NCBI GenBank assembly: GCA_037481795.1
Contig: JBBFLA010000017.1
Location: 1,423-65,422 of the forward strand
Direction: 5' to 3'
Source of the DNA: Spirochaetota bacterium
GTDB lineage: Bacteria > Spirochaetota > UBA4802 > UB4802
DNA length: 64,000 nucleotides
Part shown: in pieces, positions 10,420 to 20,532 of the stretch
How positions within the stretch are numbered: position 1 is the stretch's first letter
Layout of the letters: each line of letters opens with the position of its first letter
The notes under the pieces: model-generated
The model's input: the letters and a program-made list of their open reading frames with translations, nothing else
The model's database searches: none
Told to the model about the DNA's origin: nothing
Program-made: the position numbers and the translations under genes

Positions 10420-11091
10420 ATGCATATCATGAAACCTGTAATTAATATATTGTTAGTATTCCTTCTTTCCTGCAGTGAATATGGATACTATCAAAAAAAA
10501 GGGCAGAAACTTTTAAAAAATTATAAGGGTAATTACAGCATTGTTATCAGTAAAAAATTATTTATGTTATTTGTTGTAGGGCGGGAGGGTATTGTTGCAA
10601 AATACCGCATTGGCTATGGATTAAATCCTGATAAAAAGCCAAAGTTGTATGCAAACGATAACCGTACGCCTGAAGGGCTATATCATATAACAGAAATTTT
10701 AAGCATGGATGCTCCAAAAAAATCAAGTGCCTATAAAAAACTTTTAGAAATGAATAAAGTGTATTTCAGGGCAAAGGATGGCCACTATAAGTTTGGCCAT
10801 CCGGATGTTGATTTAGGCGATAACGCTTACGGACCACGATTTTATGCCATATCATATCCAAATAAGCATGATATAATGCGGTATGAAGAAGCTAAAAAGA
10901 ATGGTGTGTTGCCACAAATTAAAGGCAAAGTGCCATCCATTGGTAGTGGAATTGCCATTCATGGCAATAATGATCCTGATTCAATTGGACAGCTGGCGTC
11001 AAGTGGTTGCATACGCATGTATAATGATGATATAATTGAACTAGAACAGTTTATTCAGGTTGGTACACCGGTATTAATACTTCCAGATTAA
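10420..11091 (+). CDS. L,D-transpeptidase (YkuD family) lipoprotein
   Basis: RTPEGLY, IAIHG...SSGCIRM catalytic His/Cys; LLSC lipobox; GGGAG RBS supports start 10420 rather than 10339. Confidence 0.9.
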   Translation: MHIMKPVINILLVFLLSCSEYGYYQKKGQKLLKNYKGNYSIVISKKLFMLFVVGREGIVAKYRIGYGLNPDKKPKLYANDNRTPEGLYHITEILSMDAPKKSSAYKKLLEMNKVYFRAKDGHYKFGHPDVDLGDNAYGPRFYAISYPNKHDIMRYEEAKKNGVLPQIKGKVPSIGSGIAIHGNNDPDSIGQLASSGCIRMYNDDIIELEQFIQVGTPVLILPD

Positions 11092-11198
11092 AAATATTGC
11101 ATAAATTGTGTTGACATTTGCAATTCATTGCATAATGGTTGCAGTGGTTTTATCTATATATATCATTTACTAAAATAATAAAGAGCGAGGTAACAGAA

Positions 11199-11507
11199 GT
11201 GTTCCCATTTGAGATAGCATACGCAGCTAATGGACAGCAGGCATCAAGCCCATGGGTCAGTATTATACCACTGGTTTTAATGATATTGATTTTCTATCTT
11301 CTTTTGATACGGCCAACACAAAAGAAGGAAAAAGACCGCATGAAGATGATAGATCAGCTTAAAAAAGGCGATAAGGTCCTCACATCTAGCGGAATGATTG
11401 GCGTGGTGGTAAATATTAAGCCTGAAGAAAATATTATTACCCTGAAGCTTGCAGAAGGTGTAAAAGTGGACTTTGTCAAAAGTGCAATTCAGCAAAAATT
11501 ATCGTGA
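11199..11507 (+). CDS. yajC: Preprotein translocase subunit YajC
   Basis: FYLLLIRPTQK...LKKGDKVLTSSG; GAGG RBS before GTG 11199. Confidence 0.93.
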   Translation: MFPFEIAYAANGQQASSPWVSIIPLVLMILIFYLLLIRPTQKKEKDRMKMIDQLKKGDKVLTSSGMIGVVVNIKPEENIITLKLAEGVKVDFVKSAIQQKLS

Positions 11508-11546
11508 TCTGGTATTAATATACAACAGTATTAGCAGGAACAATAT

Positions 11547-12146
11547 ATGAAAGAGTGTCGTAATAGTTTTGTGGTATTGTGTATTCTCTGTATAGTGGTG
11601 CTGTGTGGTACTGCAATACCTATTTATGCGCAGGAAACTCCATCCACCAGTGTTCAGTCACCAGAAAATATACCAAGCAATGATACTCCTGCACAGGAAC
11701 TATCGCCCCAGATTCAAAACGAAATACCACAAACCGAAGCAGTTAATGAACCACAGGTTGTGAAAAAAGCTGAATCAGCAGATGCCGTAAAAAAAGAAGA
11801 AAAAAAGCCTGCCGTTATAGCAACTGAAGCAACACAAAAAAACGACTCTCAAAAAGGATTTAAAGTGGATAATAAGTCGCTGCTCAGTATCACGGACGGC
11901 GTTTTTAGATATTCCCGAATTCCGAACATTACTATTAAAGAAAATAATGAACAGATAATTGCACAAATAGAAGAAGAAAAACAAAATATAGATGCTAACG
12001 AAAAGGGTTTATTTGGCTTAAGCAAACAGGCATCTGACCGTATGGCAAAAATTATTTTAGTAGTGATTATTGTTTTTGTTTTTATCCTCTACAGGATGAG
12101 GACCAGAAGTACTTCAGGAAGCGTTTTGCGCAGATTTCCAAAATAA
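11547..12146 (+). CDS. Hypothetical protein between yajC and secD (signal peptide plus C-terminal TM)
   Basis: Low-complexity P/Q/E linker; C-terminal TM followed by a basic tail. Confidence 0.7.
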   Translation: MKECRNSFVVLCILCIVVLCGTAIPIYAQETPSTSVQSPENIPSNDTPAQELSPQIQNEIPQTEAVNEPQVVKKAESADAVKKEEKKPAVIATEATQKNDSQKGFKVDNKSLLSITDGVFRYSRIPNITIKENNEQIIAQIEEEKQNIDANEKGLFGLSKQASDRMAKIILVVIIVFVFILYRMRTRSTSGSVLRRFPK

Positions 12147-12170
12147 TACATAATAATACATGAGGTGTAC

Positions 12171-13826
12171 ATGACACGGGGATTATTGTATAAAGCTATT
12201 TTTATAATCTGTATTGTTTGTTTTGCTGTTATGCTCATTTTACCTACAATTGGGGAAAATACCCTACAGATAGTATTAAGCCAGGCATCTACTGAACAGG
12301 ATTTACAAACAATAAAGCAACGATTTCCTGAATCAAAGTATAAAATTGTGGTTAACGATAAAGAAGTTCTGGTTGAAGGGTATAATCTTAATGTAGCAGT
12401 AATGAATGAAATAAAACGCTACACTGGTGTTGTGGATGCCAAACTTTTACCACACTGGGCTGAAAAGGCGCTTCTTGCAAAAAAGATAAATTTAGGTCTT
12501 GATTTGCAGGGTGGTTCGTACCTGGTTTTGCAGGCAAACTACCACAAAATAGAAGAAAAAACCGGAAAACCATTGACCAACACTGAAAAGAATGAGATTA
12601 CCGAACAGGCACTGGAGTTGCTCAGGAACAGGGTTGATAAGTTTGGCGTGGCCGAACCATCAATACGGCCTAAAGGCAATGATGCAATTGAAATACAGCT
12701 TCCTGGTGTCAAAGATCCGGAAAGTGTTAAAAAGGCAATTGGTACCACCGGGCGTGTTGAGTACCGGCTTGTTGATGATGCGTATACCCAGAAAGCCAAT
12801 CAGTGGCTGAAAGAGCACTATGCAGGCAAAGGGTTGCCTGAGGATCAATTAGAACTCAATAAACTTACCGACACTATTAAAAATGCAATAGCACTTCCTG
12901 ATTCCTTTGAGTTATTATATTATTATGAACGTAATCCACAAACAGCCAAATTATTTCCGGCTTATCCCATAGTTCTTGAAAAGAAGGTTGCGCTTGCTGG
13001 CAATGACATAAGCAAGGCATGGGTTGCTCCGGATGAATACCAGCAGTTAGCAGTTCATTTTAATACCACACCGGAAGGTGCCGCAAAATTTGCTGAAGTA
13101 ACAGGTGAAAAAAATCACGGCAGGAAATTGGCGATAGTTATTGATGATAAAGTCCGCAGTGCACCATCAATCAGGGTGCAGATAAATACCGGGCAGGCAA
13201 TCATTCAGGGTGACTTTACTTATGAAGAAGTAACCGCACTTGCACGCATCATAAAAGAAGGTGCATTGCCAGTTGATTTAAAGATAATAGAAGAGCGCAC
13301 AGTGGGTCCAACACTTGGGATTGATTCAATACAAAGTGGGGTGAAAGCATTTATTGTTGGCATTGCAGGTATAATGCTTTTTATGCTCATCTACTATAAA
13401 TTTGCAGGGCTGATAGCCGATATAGGCTTGCTTCTTAATGGCATATTCATGTTAGCGTTACTCTCGTGGTTGGGGTTTACACTTACGCTTCCTGGTATTG
13501 CTGGTTTTATTTTAACAATGGGTATGGCGGTTGATGCCAATGTTATTATCTATGAAAGAATAAAAGAGGAGCTGAAGACAGGAAAAACACCCAGAGCAGC
13601 AGTAGCTCAGGGTTTTGAAAGGGCATTCTGGACAATCTTTGACTCAAATATTACTACACTGCTTTCAGCATTTGTACTGTCGCAATTTGGAACCGGTCCA
13701 ATTAAAGGGTTTGCGGTAACTCTTTCTATAGGTATTATCAGTTCTATGTTTGTTGCGTTGTATATCACAAAGTTTATTTTTGAAACAATAACTTCACGTG
13801 GTTCACTGAAAAAATTAAGTATTTAA
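12171..13826 (+). CDS. secD: Protein translocase subunit SecD
   Basis: LGLDLQGG, RVDKFGVAEP, TLTLPGIAG, GMAVDANVIIYERIKEE. Confidence 0.97.
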   Translation: MTRGLLYKAIFIICIVCFAVMLILPTIGENTLQIVLSQASTEQDLQTIKQRFPESKYKIVVNDKEVLVEGYNLNVAVMNEIKRYTGVVDAKLLPHWAEKALLAKKINLGLDLQGGSYLVLQANYHKIEEKTGKPLTNTEKNEITEQALELLRNRVDKFGVAEPSIRPKGNDAIEIQLPGVKDPESVKKAIGTTGRVEYRLVDDAYTQKANQWLKEHYAGKGLPEDQLELNKLTDTIKNAIALPDSFELLYYYERNPQTAKLFPAYPIVLEKKVALAGNDISKAWVAPDEYQQLAVHFNTTPEGAAKFAEVTGEKNHGRKLAIVIDDKVRSAPSIRVQINTGQAIIQGDFTYEEVTALARIIKEGALPVDLKIIEERTVGPTLGIDSIQSGVKAFIVGIAGIMLFMLIYYKFAGLIADIGLLLNGIFMLALLSWLGFTLTLPGIAGFILTMGMAVDANVIIYERIKEELKTGKTPRAAVAQGFERAFWTIFDSNITTLLSAFVLSQFGTGPIKGFAVTLSIGIISSMFVALYITKFIFETITSRGSLKKLSI

Positions 13827-13837
13827 GGAGTGGCACC

Positions 13838-14728
13838 TTGGAAAAGATAATCCCTTTTATAAGATACAGGTTTATTGCCTATGCAATTACAGTAACATTA
13901 ATTGTGGTATTTTCATTACAGACTTATCGAAATGGTGGTTTTAACTGGGGCATTGATTTTGTTGGTGGCATTAAGCTTACCGTAAAATTTGAGCAGGGGG
14001 TTGATACCGCACAGATTCGTAAGGTTTTAACCCAGAATAAAGTTAGTGCCGTCATCCAGCAGGTTGGAAAAGAAGAGGATAATGAATATCTTATTTCTAC
14101 CAAACTTGCCAGCCGTGCAGAAAATGTTGAGGAGAGTACCAAAGAGCTGAAAGCTGTTATTCAAAATAATTTTCAAAATGTTGAAATATTAAGTATTGAA
14201 ACTGTTGGTCCGGCAATTGGTGATTTTCTTAAAAAATCGGCGGGTAAATTGATTGCTCTATCAATTATAATAATGACGCTGTATCTTGCATTCCGGTTTG
14301 AATTGAAATATTCCATTGGAGCAATGGTTGCATTGTTGCATGATGTTATGCTTTCAGTTCTCTTCTGCGGATTTGCCGGTATTGAGATTAATATACCAAT
14401 AGTGGCTGCTATTTTAACCATCTATGGTTATTCGGTAAACGATACCATTATCATATTTGACCGTGTTAGGGAAAATTTACAGATTAAAACCAAACAGACA
14501 TTTATTGATGTAATAGATAAATCTATAACTCAGACAATATCCAGAACGCTGCTTACTGCGCTTACCACATTGTTTGCTGTATTTGCTCTGTATATGATTG
14601 GTGGTGAAGGCCTTAATGAATTTGCTAGTGTACTTTTGTTTGGTATTGTTATAGGGACATATTCATCTTTGTATATAGCTTCACCGTTTGTTCTGTACTG
14701 GGAAAAACTGACATTAAAAAAAGCCTGA
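13838..14728 (+). CDS. secF: Protein translocase subunit SecF
   Basis: GIDFVGG, GYSVNDTIIIFDRVRE, GTYSSLYIA. Confidence 0.97.
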   Translation: MEKIIPFIRYRFIAYAITVTLIVVFSLQTYRNGGFNWGIDFVGGIKLTVKFEQGVDTAQIRKVLTQNKVSAVIQQVGKEEDNEYLISTKLASRAENVEESTKELKAVIQNNFQNVEILSIETVGPAIGDFLKKSAGKLIALSIIIMTLYLAFRFELKYSIGAMVALLHDVMLSVLFCGFAGIEINIPIVAAILTIYGYSVNDTIIIFDRVRENLQIKTKQTFIDVIDKSITQTISRTLLTALTTLFAVFALYMIGGEGLNEFASVLLFGIVIGTYSSLYIASPFVLYWEKLTLKKA

Positions 14729-14731
14729 TAT

Positions 14732-15619
14732 ATGCCGTTGCGGCTTGCGATAACGTTTTTATGGAGTATTCTTTTTGCGGCTCATGTAAGGGCACAAACG
14801 GTAGACCCCTATAGCTATGATAAAATAGCAGGATTTGCCAATTACCTTGTAGCGCAAAAAGAATTTTATCGTGCATATCAGGAATTCCATCGCTTATACA
14901 TCTATTATCCTGCTCGCTATTCGTATGATTCTTTTTTTATTGCATCGCTTTATTGCCAGTATCAGGGCAAACAATACCAGCTTATACGTGACAGGGTGGG
15001 CTATAATTCTCTATTGAAACCACCGTTATGGGTATTTGCATTTGATGCAGCATTCAGCGATATAACGCAGGATTTAGAACACATCGTGATGTTGGCTCCC
15101 ACCGCAGAAAGTAGCAATAATGAAAATACTGAATATGAAACAATGGTATTGAAAAGAAAGCTTGCATATTCATTGTTGACAGTTGATAATTACAATGAAC
15201 TATCGCCCTATACTGCACTTACAAAAGAAATTGACCTTCAACGTATATACCAGTACAGCAATTTTACACGGGATAAGCTTAAAAATCCTTATGCTGCGTT
15301 GGGGTGGGGGATAATTCCTGGTGCGGGCTATATATATAGCGATAATACAGAAAATGGCATAATAGCGGCGATAGTTATTAGTGTATGTGCTGTGGTTACA
15401 TACTTTGCAGTAGATAGCGGTAACAGTGGTATTGCGTTTGTTACCGGGGCTGCCGGCACATTTTTTTATGGTGGCAGCATACTAGGTGGGTACCTGGCAG
15501 CAAAAAAGACTAACAACCAGATTACGAAAGAATTACGTGCTTATTTAGAAGAAGAATTGAAATTTGAACAGGACAGAGAAATCATTTTTAACAGATATGG
15601 AAAGCCAAAAACACAATGA
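14732..15619 (+). CDS. Hypothetical exported/membrane protein (TPR-like N-terminus, IIPGAG membrane motif)
   Basis: Signal peptide; KNPYAALGWGIIPGAGYIY followed by hydrophobic helices. Confidence 0.7.
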   Translation: MPLRLAITFLWSILFAAHVRAQTVDPYSYDKIAGFANYLVAQKEFYRAYQEFHRLYIYYPARYSYDSFFIASLYCQYQGKQYQLIRDRVGYNSLLKPPLWVFAFDAAFSDITQDLEHIVMLAPTAESSNNENTEYETMVLKRKLAYSLLTVDNYNELSPYTALTKEIDLQRIYQYSNFTRDKLKNPYAALGWGIIPGAGYIYSDNTENGIIAAIVISVCAVVTYFAVDSGNSGIAFVTGAAGTFFYGGSILGGYLAAKKTNNQITKELRAYLEEELKFEQDREIIFNRYGKPKTQ

Positions 15620-16826
15620 ATATATGACGCTGGCGATACAATTGGCTTTTGGTAGGTTGGGGGTAACGTCGCCAAATCCTGCAGTGGGAGCAGTTATTGT
15701 TAAAGATGATACTATTATAGCAAAAGGTTCAACCCAGGCCTGTGGTATGGATCATGCCGAGATAGTTGCCCTGAAGAATGCAGCAGGTAACACTACCGGT
15801 GCTTCAATGTATGTGACGCTTGAGCCATGCTGTCACTGGGGTAAAACCCCACCCTGCACTGATGCAATAATAAAAGCTGGTATAACAAAAGTAATTATTC
15901 CTGCACTTGACCCCAATCCTGCTGTTGCTGGTAAAGGGGTCAGAGCCTTGCAGCAGGCAGGCGTTGAGGTGGTGTTTTTACGCCAGTTTTCACAGCCAGT
16001 AATTGATTTAATACGGCCATTTAAAAAAAGTATTTTGCGACACAGGCCATTTGTTATTCATAAGGCAGCAATATCTCTAGACGGCAGGACGGCAACAACC
16101 ACGGGCGATTCTAAATGGATAACTTCACCTGTTTCACGACTTCTGGTGCACCGGCTTCGTGCATGTGCTGATACCATCATAGTTGGCAAAGCTACCGTTG
16201 AAACGGATAATCCAGCCCTTACGGTGCGCTATACTGATTTTCCGCAAGAGGCTGAAAAATTTTATGCAACCAAACAATATACTGCAATGGGCTATTCCAA
16301 CAGTTTCATCAATGGGCTTCTTGAATTATGGAAAACTGATGTAACTCATGATTTGAAAAAAGTTGTGATAGGGGTGCCAAAGTCATTACAGAATATTACG
16401 CTAGCTAGCGATAGCAATGCTTATTTTTTTACAGCACACAAAGACAAAGATGAACTTTTGAAGCGAGATGATTATGCCATTATTGCAAAACTCATTGACA
16501 GTGGGCGCATTCATTTTTTGCAATCAGATAGCGATGTGGAGCAGATTCATGAGTTGCTTGACATATTGCATACAATGGGTTCAATGATTGCAGTGCTGGA
16601 AGGAGGGGCAACAGTTGCTGGCTCTTTCTTTGATTCAGGTGAGCTTGATCAATGCATGTATTTTTATAGCCCAATTATAGTTGGTAAGGGGAAAAATGTC
16701 ATTGAAGGCAAAGGCAGGCAGTTTATTAAAGAGTCTATGGCTCTTTATGATGTAACCAGTATTTATTTAGGGCATGATATGCTTGTATCAGGATATAAAG
16801 AAAGCTATCAGTTTGAGGCGATGTAA
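15597..16826 (+). CDS. ribD: Bifunctional riboflavin deaminase/reductase RibD
   Basis: SPNPAVGAV, HAE, TLEPCCH..TPPC, SLDG...SKWIT, EGG. Confidence 0.96.
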   Translation: MESQKHNEYMTLAIQLAFGRLGVTSPNPAVGAVIVKDDTIIAKGSTQACGMDHAEIVALKNAAGNTTGASMYVTLEPCCHWGKTPPCTDAIIKAGITKVIIPALDPNPAVAGKGVRALQQAGVEVVFLRQFSQPVIDLIRPFKKSILRHRPFVIHKAAISLDGRTATTTGDSKWITSPVSRLLVHRLRACADTIIVGKATVETDNPALTVRYTDFPQEAEKFYATKQYTAMGYSNSFINGLLELWKTDVTHDLKKVVIGVPKSLQNITLASDSNAYFFTAHKDKDELLKRDDYAIIAKLIDSGRIHFLQSDSDVEQIHELLDILHTMGSMIAVLEGGATVAGSFFDSGELDQCMYFYSPIIVGKGKNVIEGKGRQFIKESMALYDVTSIYLGHDMLVSGYKESYQFEAM

Positions 16827-17468
16827 ATGTTTACCGGCATTATAGAAGAAATTGGTGTGGTACAATCTGTAAAGCAATCGGCAAATGGTAAATTAATTTC
16901 CATACGTGCGCGTACGGTTATTGAAGGTACTAAAATTGGTGATTCTATTGCCATTGATGGAGCCTGCCAGACTGTGACAGCAATTGGCAAAGATTTCTTT
17001 ACCGTATTTGCTTCGGATGTAACGCTTGGCATCACCACACTTGGAACATTTAAAACCGGGACTCGTGTCAACCTGGAACGTGCCATGCAGCCTATAGGTC
17101 GTTTGGGTGGACATCTGGTGCAGGGACATGTGGATGCAACAGGAAAAATTGTTTCATTGCAAAAATTGCCTGATGGGCTTAAAGTTACACTAACTGTGCC
17201 TGATAGCATCAGTAAGTTTATTGTGCCCAAAGGCTCAATTGCCATTGATGGCATATCACTGACGGTGGTGGACAAAAAAGACACAATAGAGCTTTACTGT
17301 ATCCCGGAAACTATCGCCAATACAACGCTTGCTCACAAAAAAATTGGTGACATGGTTAATGTTGAAGTTGATATAATTGCTAAGTATGTGTATTATATGG
17401 TTACACAAATAAAGGGTGGCGATAGTTCATTGGAAAAAAAGCTTAGAGAAGAAGGTTTCCTGAGTTAA
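16827..17468 (+). CDS. ribE: Riboflavin synthase alpha chain
   Basis: MFTGIIEE N-terminus, GGHLVQGHVD, KGSIAIDGISLTV. Confidence 0.96.
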   Translation: MFTGIIEEIGVVQSVKQSANGKLISIRARTVIEGTKIGDSIAIDGACQTVTAIGKDFFTVFASDVTLGITTLGTFKTGTRVNLERAMQPIGRLGGHLVQGHVDATGKIVSLQKLPDGLKVTLTVPDSISKFIVPKGSIAIDGISLTVVDKKDTIELYCIPETIANTTLAHKKIGDMVNVEVDIIAKYVYYMVTQIKGGDSSLEKKLREEGFLS

Positions 17469-17483
17469 TTTTATACCATAGGT

Positions 17484-19469
17484 ATGCTAAGTTTGCTAAG
17501 TAAATTAAGAAAAATCGTATTTGGTGATTCAAGGAATGTAACCGATCCATCCATATTCCACAAATTATCGCTTATAGCTTTTTTTGCATGGATTGGATTG
17601 GGTGTTGATGGATTATCATCATCATGTTATGGGCCGGAAGAAGCATTCCTTGCTTTGGGGAATCATCACTATTTAGGAATATTTATTGCAATTGGTGTGA
17701 TTATCACAATTTTTATCATAAGTGCAAGTTACCATTATATCATTGAGCTTTTCCCATCTGGTGGTGGTGGATATTTAGTTGCAAGTAAGTTACTTTCACC
17801 CACAGCAGGAATGGTATCGGGGTGTGCACTGCTCATTGATTATTTACTTACTATTACTCTTTCAGTGGCCAGTGGTGCTGATGCGCTCTTTAGTTTTTTA
17901 CCATATCGATATTACTCATATAAAATATTTGTAGCAGTAATAGGTGTGGTTATACTCATAATTCTAAACCTTAGAGGAGTAAAAGAATCAATAGTACCGC
18001 TGGTTCCAATCTTTATTGTTTTTTTAATTACACATATATTTGCTATTGTATATTCAATAACTATTCAGGCTGTAAATACACCACAATTGGTGAACAATAT
18101 AATATCTGATATTGGCAATTCAAGGGCTGAATTAGGTACTATGGGGGCCATATTTCTTGTCCTTAGGGCGTATAGTATGGGGGCTGGAACATTCACTGGT
18201 ATTGAAGCTGTATCTAATGGTATTCCACTGCTACGTGAACCAAAAATACAAACAGCAAAGCGCACTATGAATTATATGGCTGTATCGCTTTCCATAATGG
18301 CAGGAGGGCTCATGATAGCATATCTACTGGTTCATGTAGAATATGTGCCTGGCAAAACATTGAATGCCATACTGTTTGAAACAATATCTTCAAAGTGGCC
18401 TTCAGGGATAAAAGATACTTTTATATTTGTAACCCTTCTTTCTGAGACAGCTATTCTTTTTTTTGCAGCTCAAACTGGTTTTCTGGATGGTCCACGTGTG
18501 CTAGCTAATATGGCATTGGATCGTTTCATGCCAACAAGATTTGCATCATTGAGTGATAGGCTTGTAATGAAAAATGGTATTCTTTTGATGGGCATTGCGT
18601 CAATTTTACTCATGATATACTCTGGTGGTTCGGTTAAACTGCTGGTTATATTTTATAGTATCAATGTGTTTATTACCTTCTCATTATCACAGCTTGGGAT
18701 GATACGTCATTGGTGGATGGTTAGACATCAAGAAAGTTACTGGAAAAGGAAGCTTTTTGTTAATGGAACAGGCTTATTCCTTACTTCATTTATTTTATTT
18801 TCAGTTATAATTTTAAAATTCTCTGAGGGTGGGTGGATGACCATTTTTATAACAGGTTTTATGATTATGATTTCTGCTATAACAAAGAAACATTACAATT
18901 ATACAGCTAAACTTCTTGGCAGATTGAAACATCTTGTGGAATTGGTAAAAGTTGAAGAAAATCAGTATAGTAAAATAGTACCCGATAACGGTTATGAAAG
19001 TACCATCAACCCAAATGCACGTTTTGCTGCACTCTTTGTTAATGGATTTGGAGGTATGGGGCTTCATACACTTTTTTCAATTCAACGGTTGTTTCCTGGA
19101 GTATATAAGGATTTTATATTTGTTCAAGTAGGTCTTGTAGATTCAGGGTTGTTCAAAGGTGCTGCGGAAATTGATGCATTACGCGATTACTGCAATAGGG
19201 AACTTGATAGATATGTTGCATATATGCGCTATCATGGTTTTAATGCTTTAAAATATTTATCTATAGGTGTTGATGTAGTAGAAGAATCAATTAAAATTGC
19301 AAAAGAAATAATTGCACTGTATCCAAATACTATTTTTTTTGCAGGGCAGTTGGTATTCCCGCAGGATACTTTTTTAAGCCGTTTGCTCCATAATTATTCT
19401 GCATTTGCTATACAGCGTGAATTTTACCATAGAGGCATACCAGTACTCATTTTACCAATTAGACTTTGA
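17484..19469 (+). CDS. APC-family permease, KimA/YdaO-like K+ transporter
   Basis: DGLSSSCYGPEE, PSGGGGY, NLRGVKES, TGIEAVSNG; about 12 TMs plus a cytoplasmic C-terminal domain. Confidence 0.85.
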   Translation: MLSLLSKLRKIVFGDSRNVTDPSIFHKLSLIAFFAWIGLGVDGLSSSCYGPEEAFLALGNHHYLGIFIAIGVIITIFIISASYHYIIELFPSGGGGYLVASKLLSPTAGMVSGCALLIDYLLTITLSVASGADALFSFLPYRYYSYKIFVAVIGVVILIILNLRGVKESIVPLVPIFIVFLITHIFAIVYSITIQAVNTPQLVNNIISDIGNSRAELGTMGAIFLVLRAYSMGAGTFTGIEAVSNGIPLLREPKIQTAKRTMNYMAVSLSIMAGGLMIAYLLVHVEYVPGKTLNAILFETISSKWPSGIKDTFIFVTLLSETAILFFAAQTGFLDGPRVLANMALDRFMPTRFASLSDRLVMKNGILLMGIASILLMIYSGGSVKLLVIFYSINVFITFSLSQLGMIRHWWMVRHQESYWKRKLFVNGTGLFLTSFILFSVIILKFSEGGWMTIFITGFMIMISAITKKHYNYTAKLLGRLKHLVELVKVEENQYSKIVPDNGYESTINPNARFAALFVNGFGGMGLHTLFSIQRLFPGVYKDFIFVQVGLVDSGLFKGAAEIDALRDYCNRELDRYVAYMRYHGFNALKYLSIGVDVVEESIKIAKEIIALYPNTIFFAGQLVFPQDTFLSRLLHNYSAFAIQREFYHRGIPVLILPIRL

Positions 19470-19488
19470 ATTATATTCTATATAGTGA

Positions 19489-20526
19489 TTAGTTTTGTAT
19501 CTTGATTGGTATCATGCTTCCATTTTTATTGGCTGAACGATAAATAGCATGTATTACTTCTAATGCGCTATATCCACCATATCCACTTGATGTTACCGGT
19601 ATTGAGTTTTTCAGGCACTTTTTTACTTCTTTATAAAGCCTGGCAAAATAATCAGGTTTTCCTTTTGGGGTTACTGAATGAGCTACTAAGTCATTAAATC
19701 CGGTATACAGTTTTGACTTTGCGGGCTTATACAGTTGCAAATAACCATTACCAATAACTATCTTACCTTTTGTACCAAATATCTGCAATTCAAACATAAA
19801 GTAATCACGGTAACCGCCTGCTTCAAGTGTTACATGGATGCCTGAAGTGGTAATGCAATGAGCTATTGCATAATCTTCATAGAGTGAATCCTTTGAATAC
19901 CGGGTAGTGTACCCATGTACCTGTACTATATTACCAAAAAGATACTGCACAATATCAATTAAATGAGTGCCATCGTGGAGAAGAGGCCCACCGCCTGAAC
20001 CTGGTTGATGCGATTTTGACGGTGTAAAGACAAAACCATGCACCGAAGATATGGGGCCAATTTCATTGTTGCGGATAAGCCTTTGTACATAGTTGTACCG
20101 GTAGTCATACCGTCGTTCATGGTTAATAATGAGTGTTGTATTGTGTATGGTGCATGCGTCAATGAGGGCTTTTGCCTGTTTAAGGTCACTGGCAATTGGT
20201 TTTTCACATACAATGACCTTTGCGCCATTGTGAGCTGCTGCAATGCCAATTGGCGCATGGGTATGTGTCCACGAAGCAATAATTACGCATAGTGGCTTTT
20301 CCTGTTCTATTAGCTTTTGGTAATCGGTATAGCAGTGAGATTCAGGAATTCCTGCAACCTTTGAAAAAGTGTGCAAACGTTTTTCATTGATATCACAGGC
20401 ATGTGTTATGGGCAGCTTTGCAGCTTTTGTGCCACCATAATGGGTACATGGCTTATATCGTAGTGGGTCATTTTCCAGCAAAAATCCAATCCTGCCACAA
20501 CCAATGAGAGCAACCACAGGCTTCAT
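19489..20526 (-). CDS. Gfo/Idh/MocA oxidoreductase
   Basis: IGCGRIG, CEKP, GGPLLHDGTHLID. Confidence 0.9.
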   Translation of the reverse strand: MKPVVALIGCGRIGFLLENDPLRYKPCTHYGGTKAAKLPITHACDINEKRLHTFSKVAGIPESHCYTDYQKLIEQEKPLCVIIASWTHTHAPIGIAAAHNGAKVIVCEKPIASDLKQAKALIDACTIHNTTLIINHERRYDYRYNYVQRLIRNNEIGPISSVHGFVFTPSKSHQPGSGGGPLLHDGTHLIDIVQYLFGNIVQVHGYTTRYSKDSLYEDYAIAHCITTSGIHVTLEAGGYRDYFMFELQIFGTKGKIVIGNGYLQLYKPAKSKLYTGFNDLVAHSVTPKGKPDYFARLYKEVKKCLKNSIPVTSSGYGGYSALEVIHAIYRSANKNGSMIPIKIQN

Positions 20527-20532
20527 GAAATT

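Noticed and set aside
15540-15620. FMN riboswitch before ribD
   Set aside because: ribD overlaps the upstream gene, leaving no leader, and no RFN motifs were seen.
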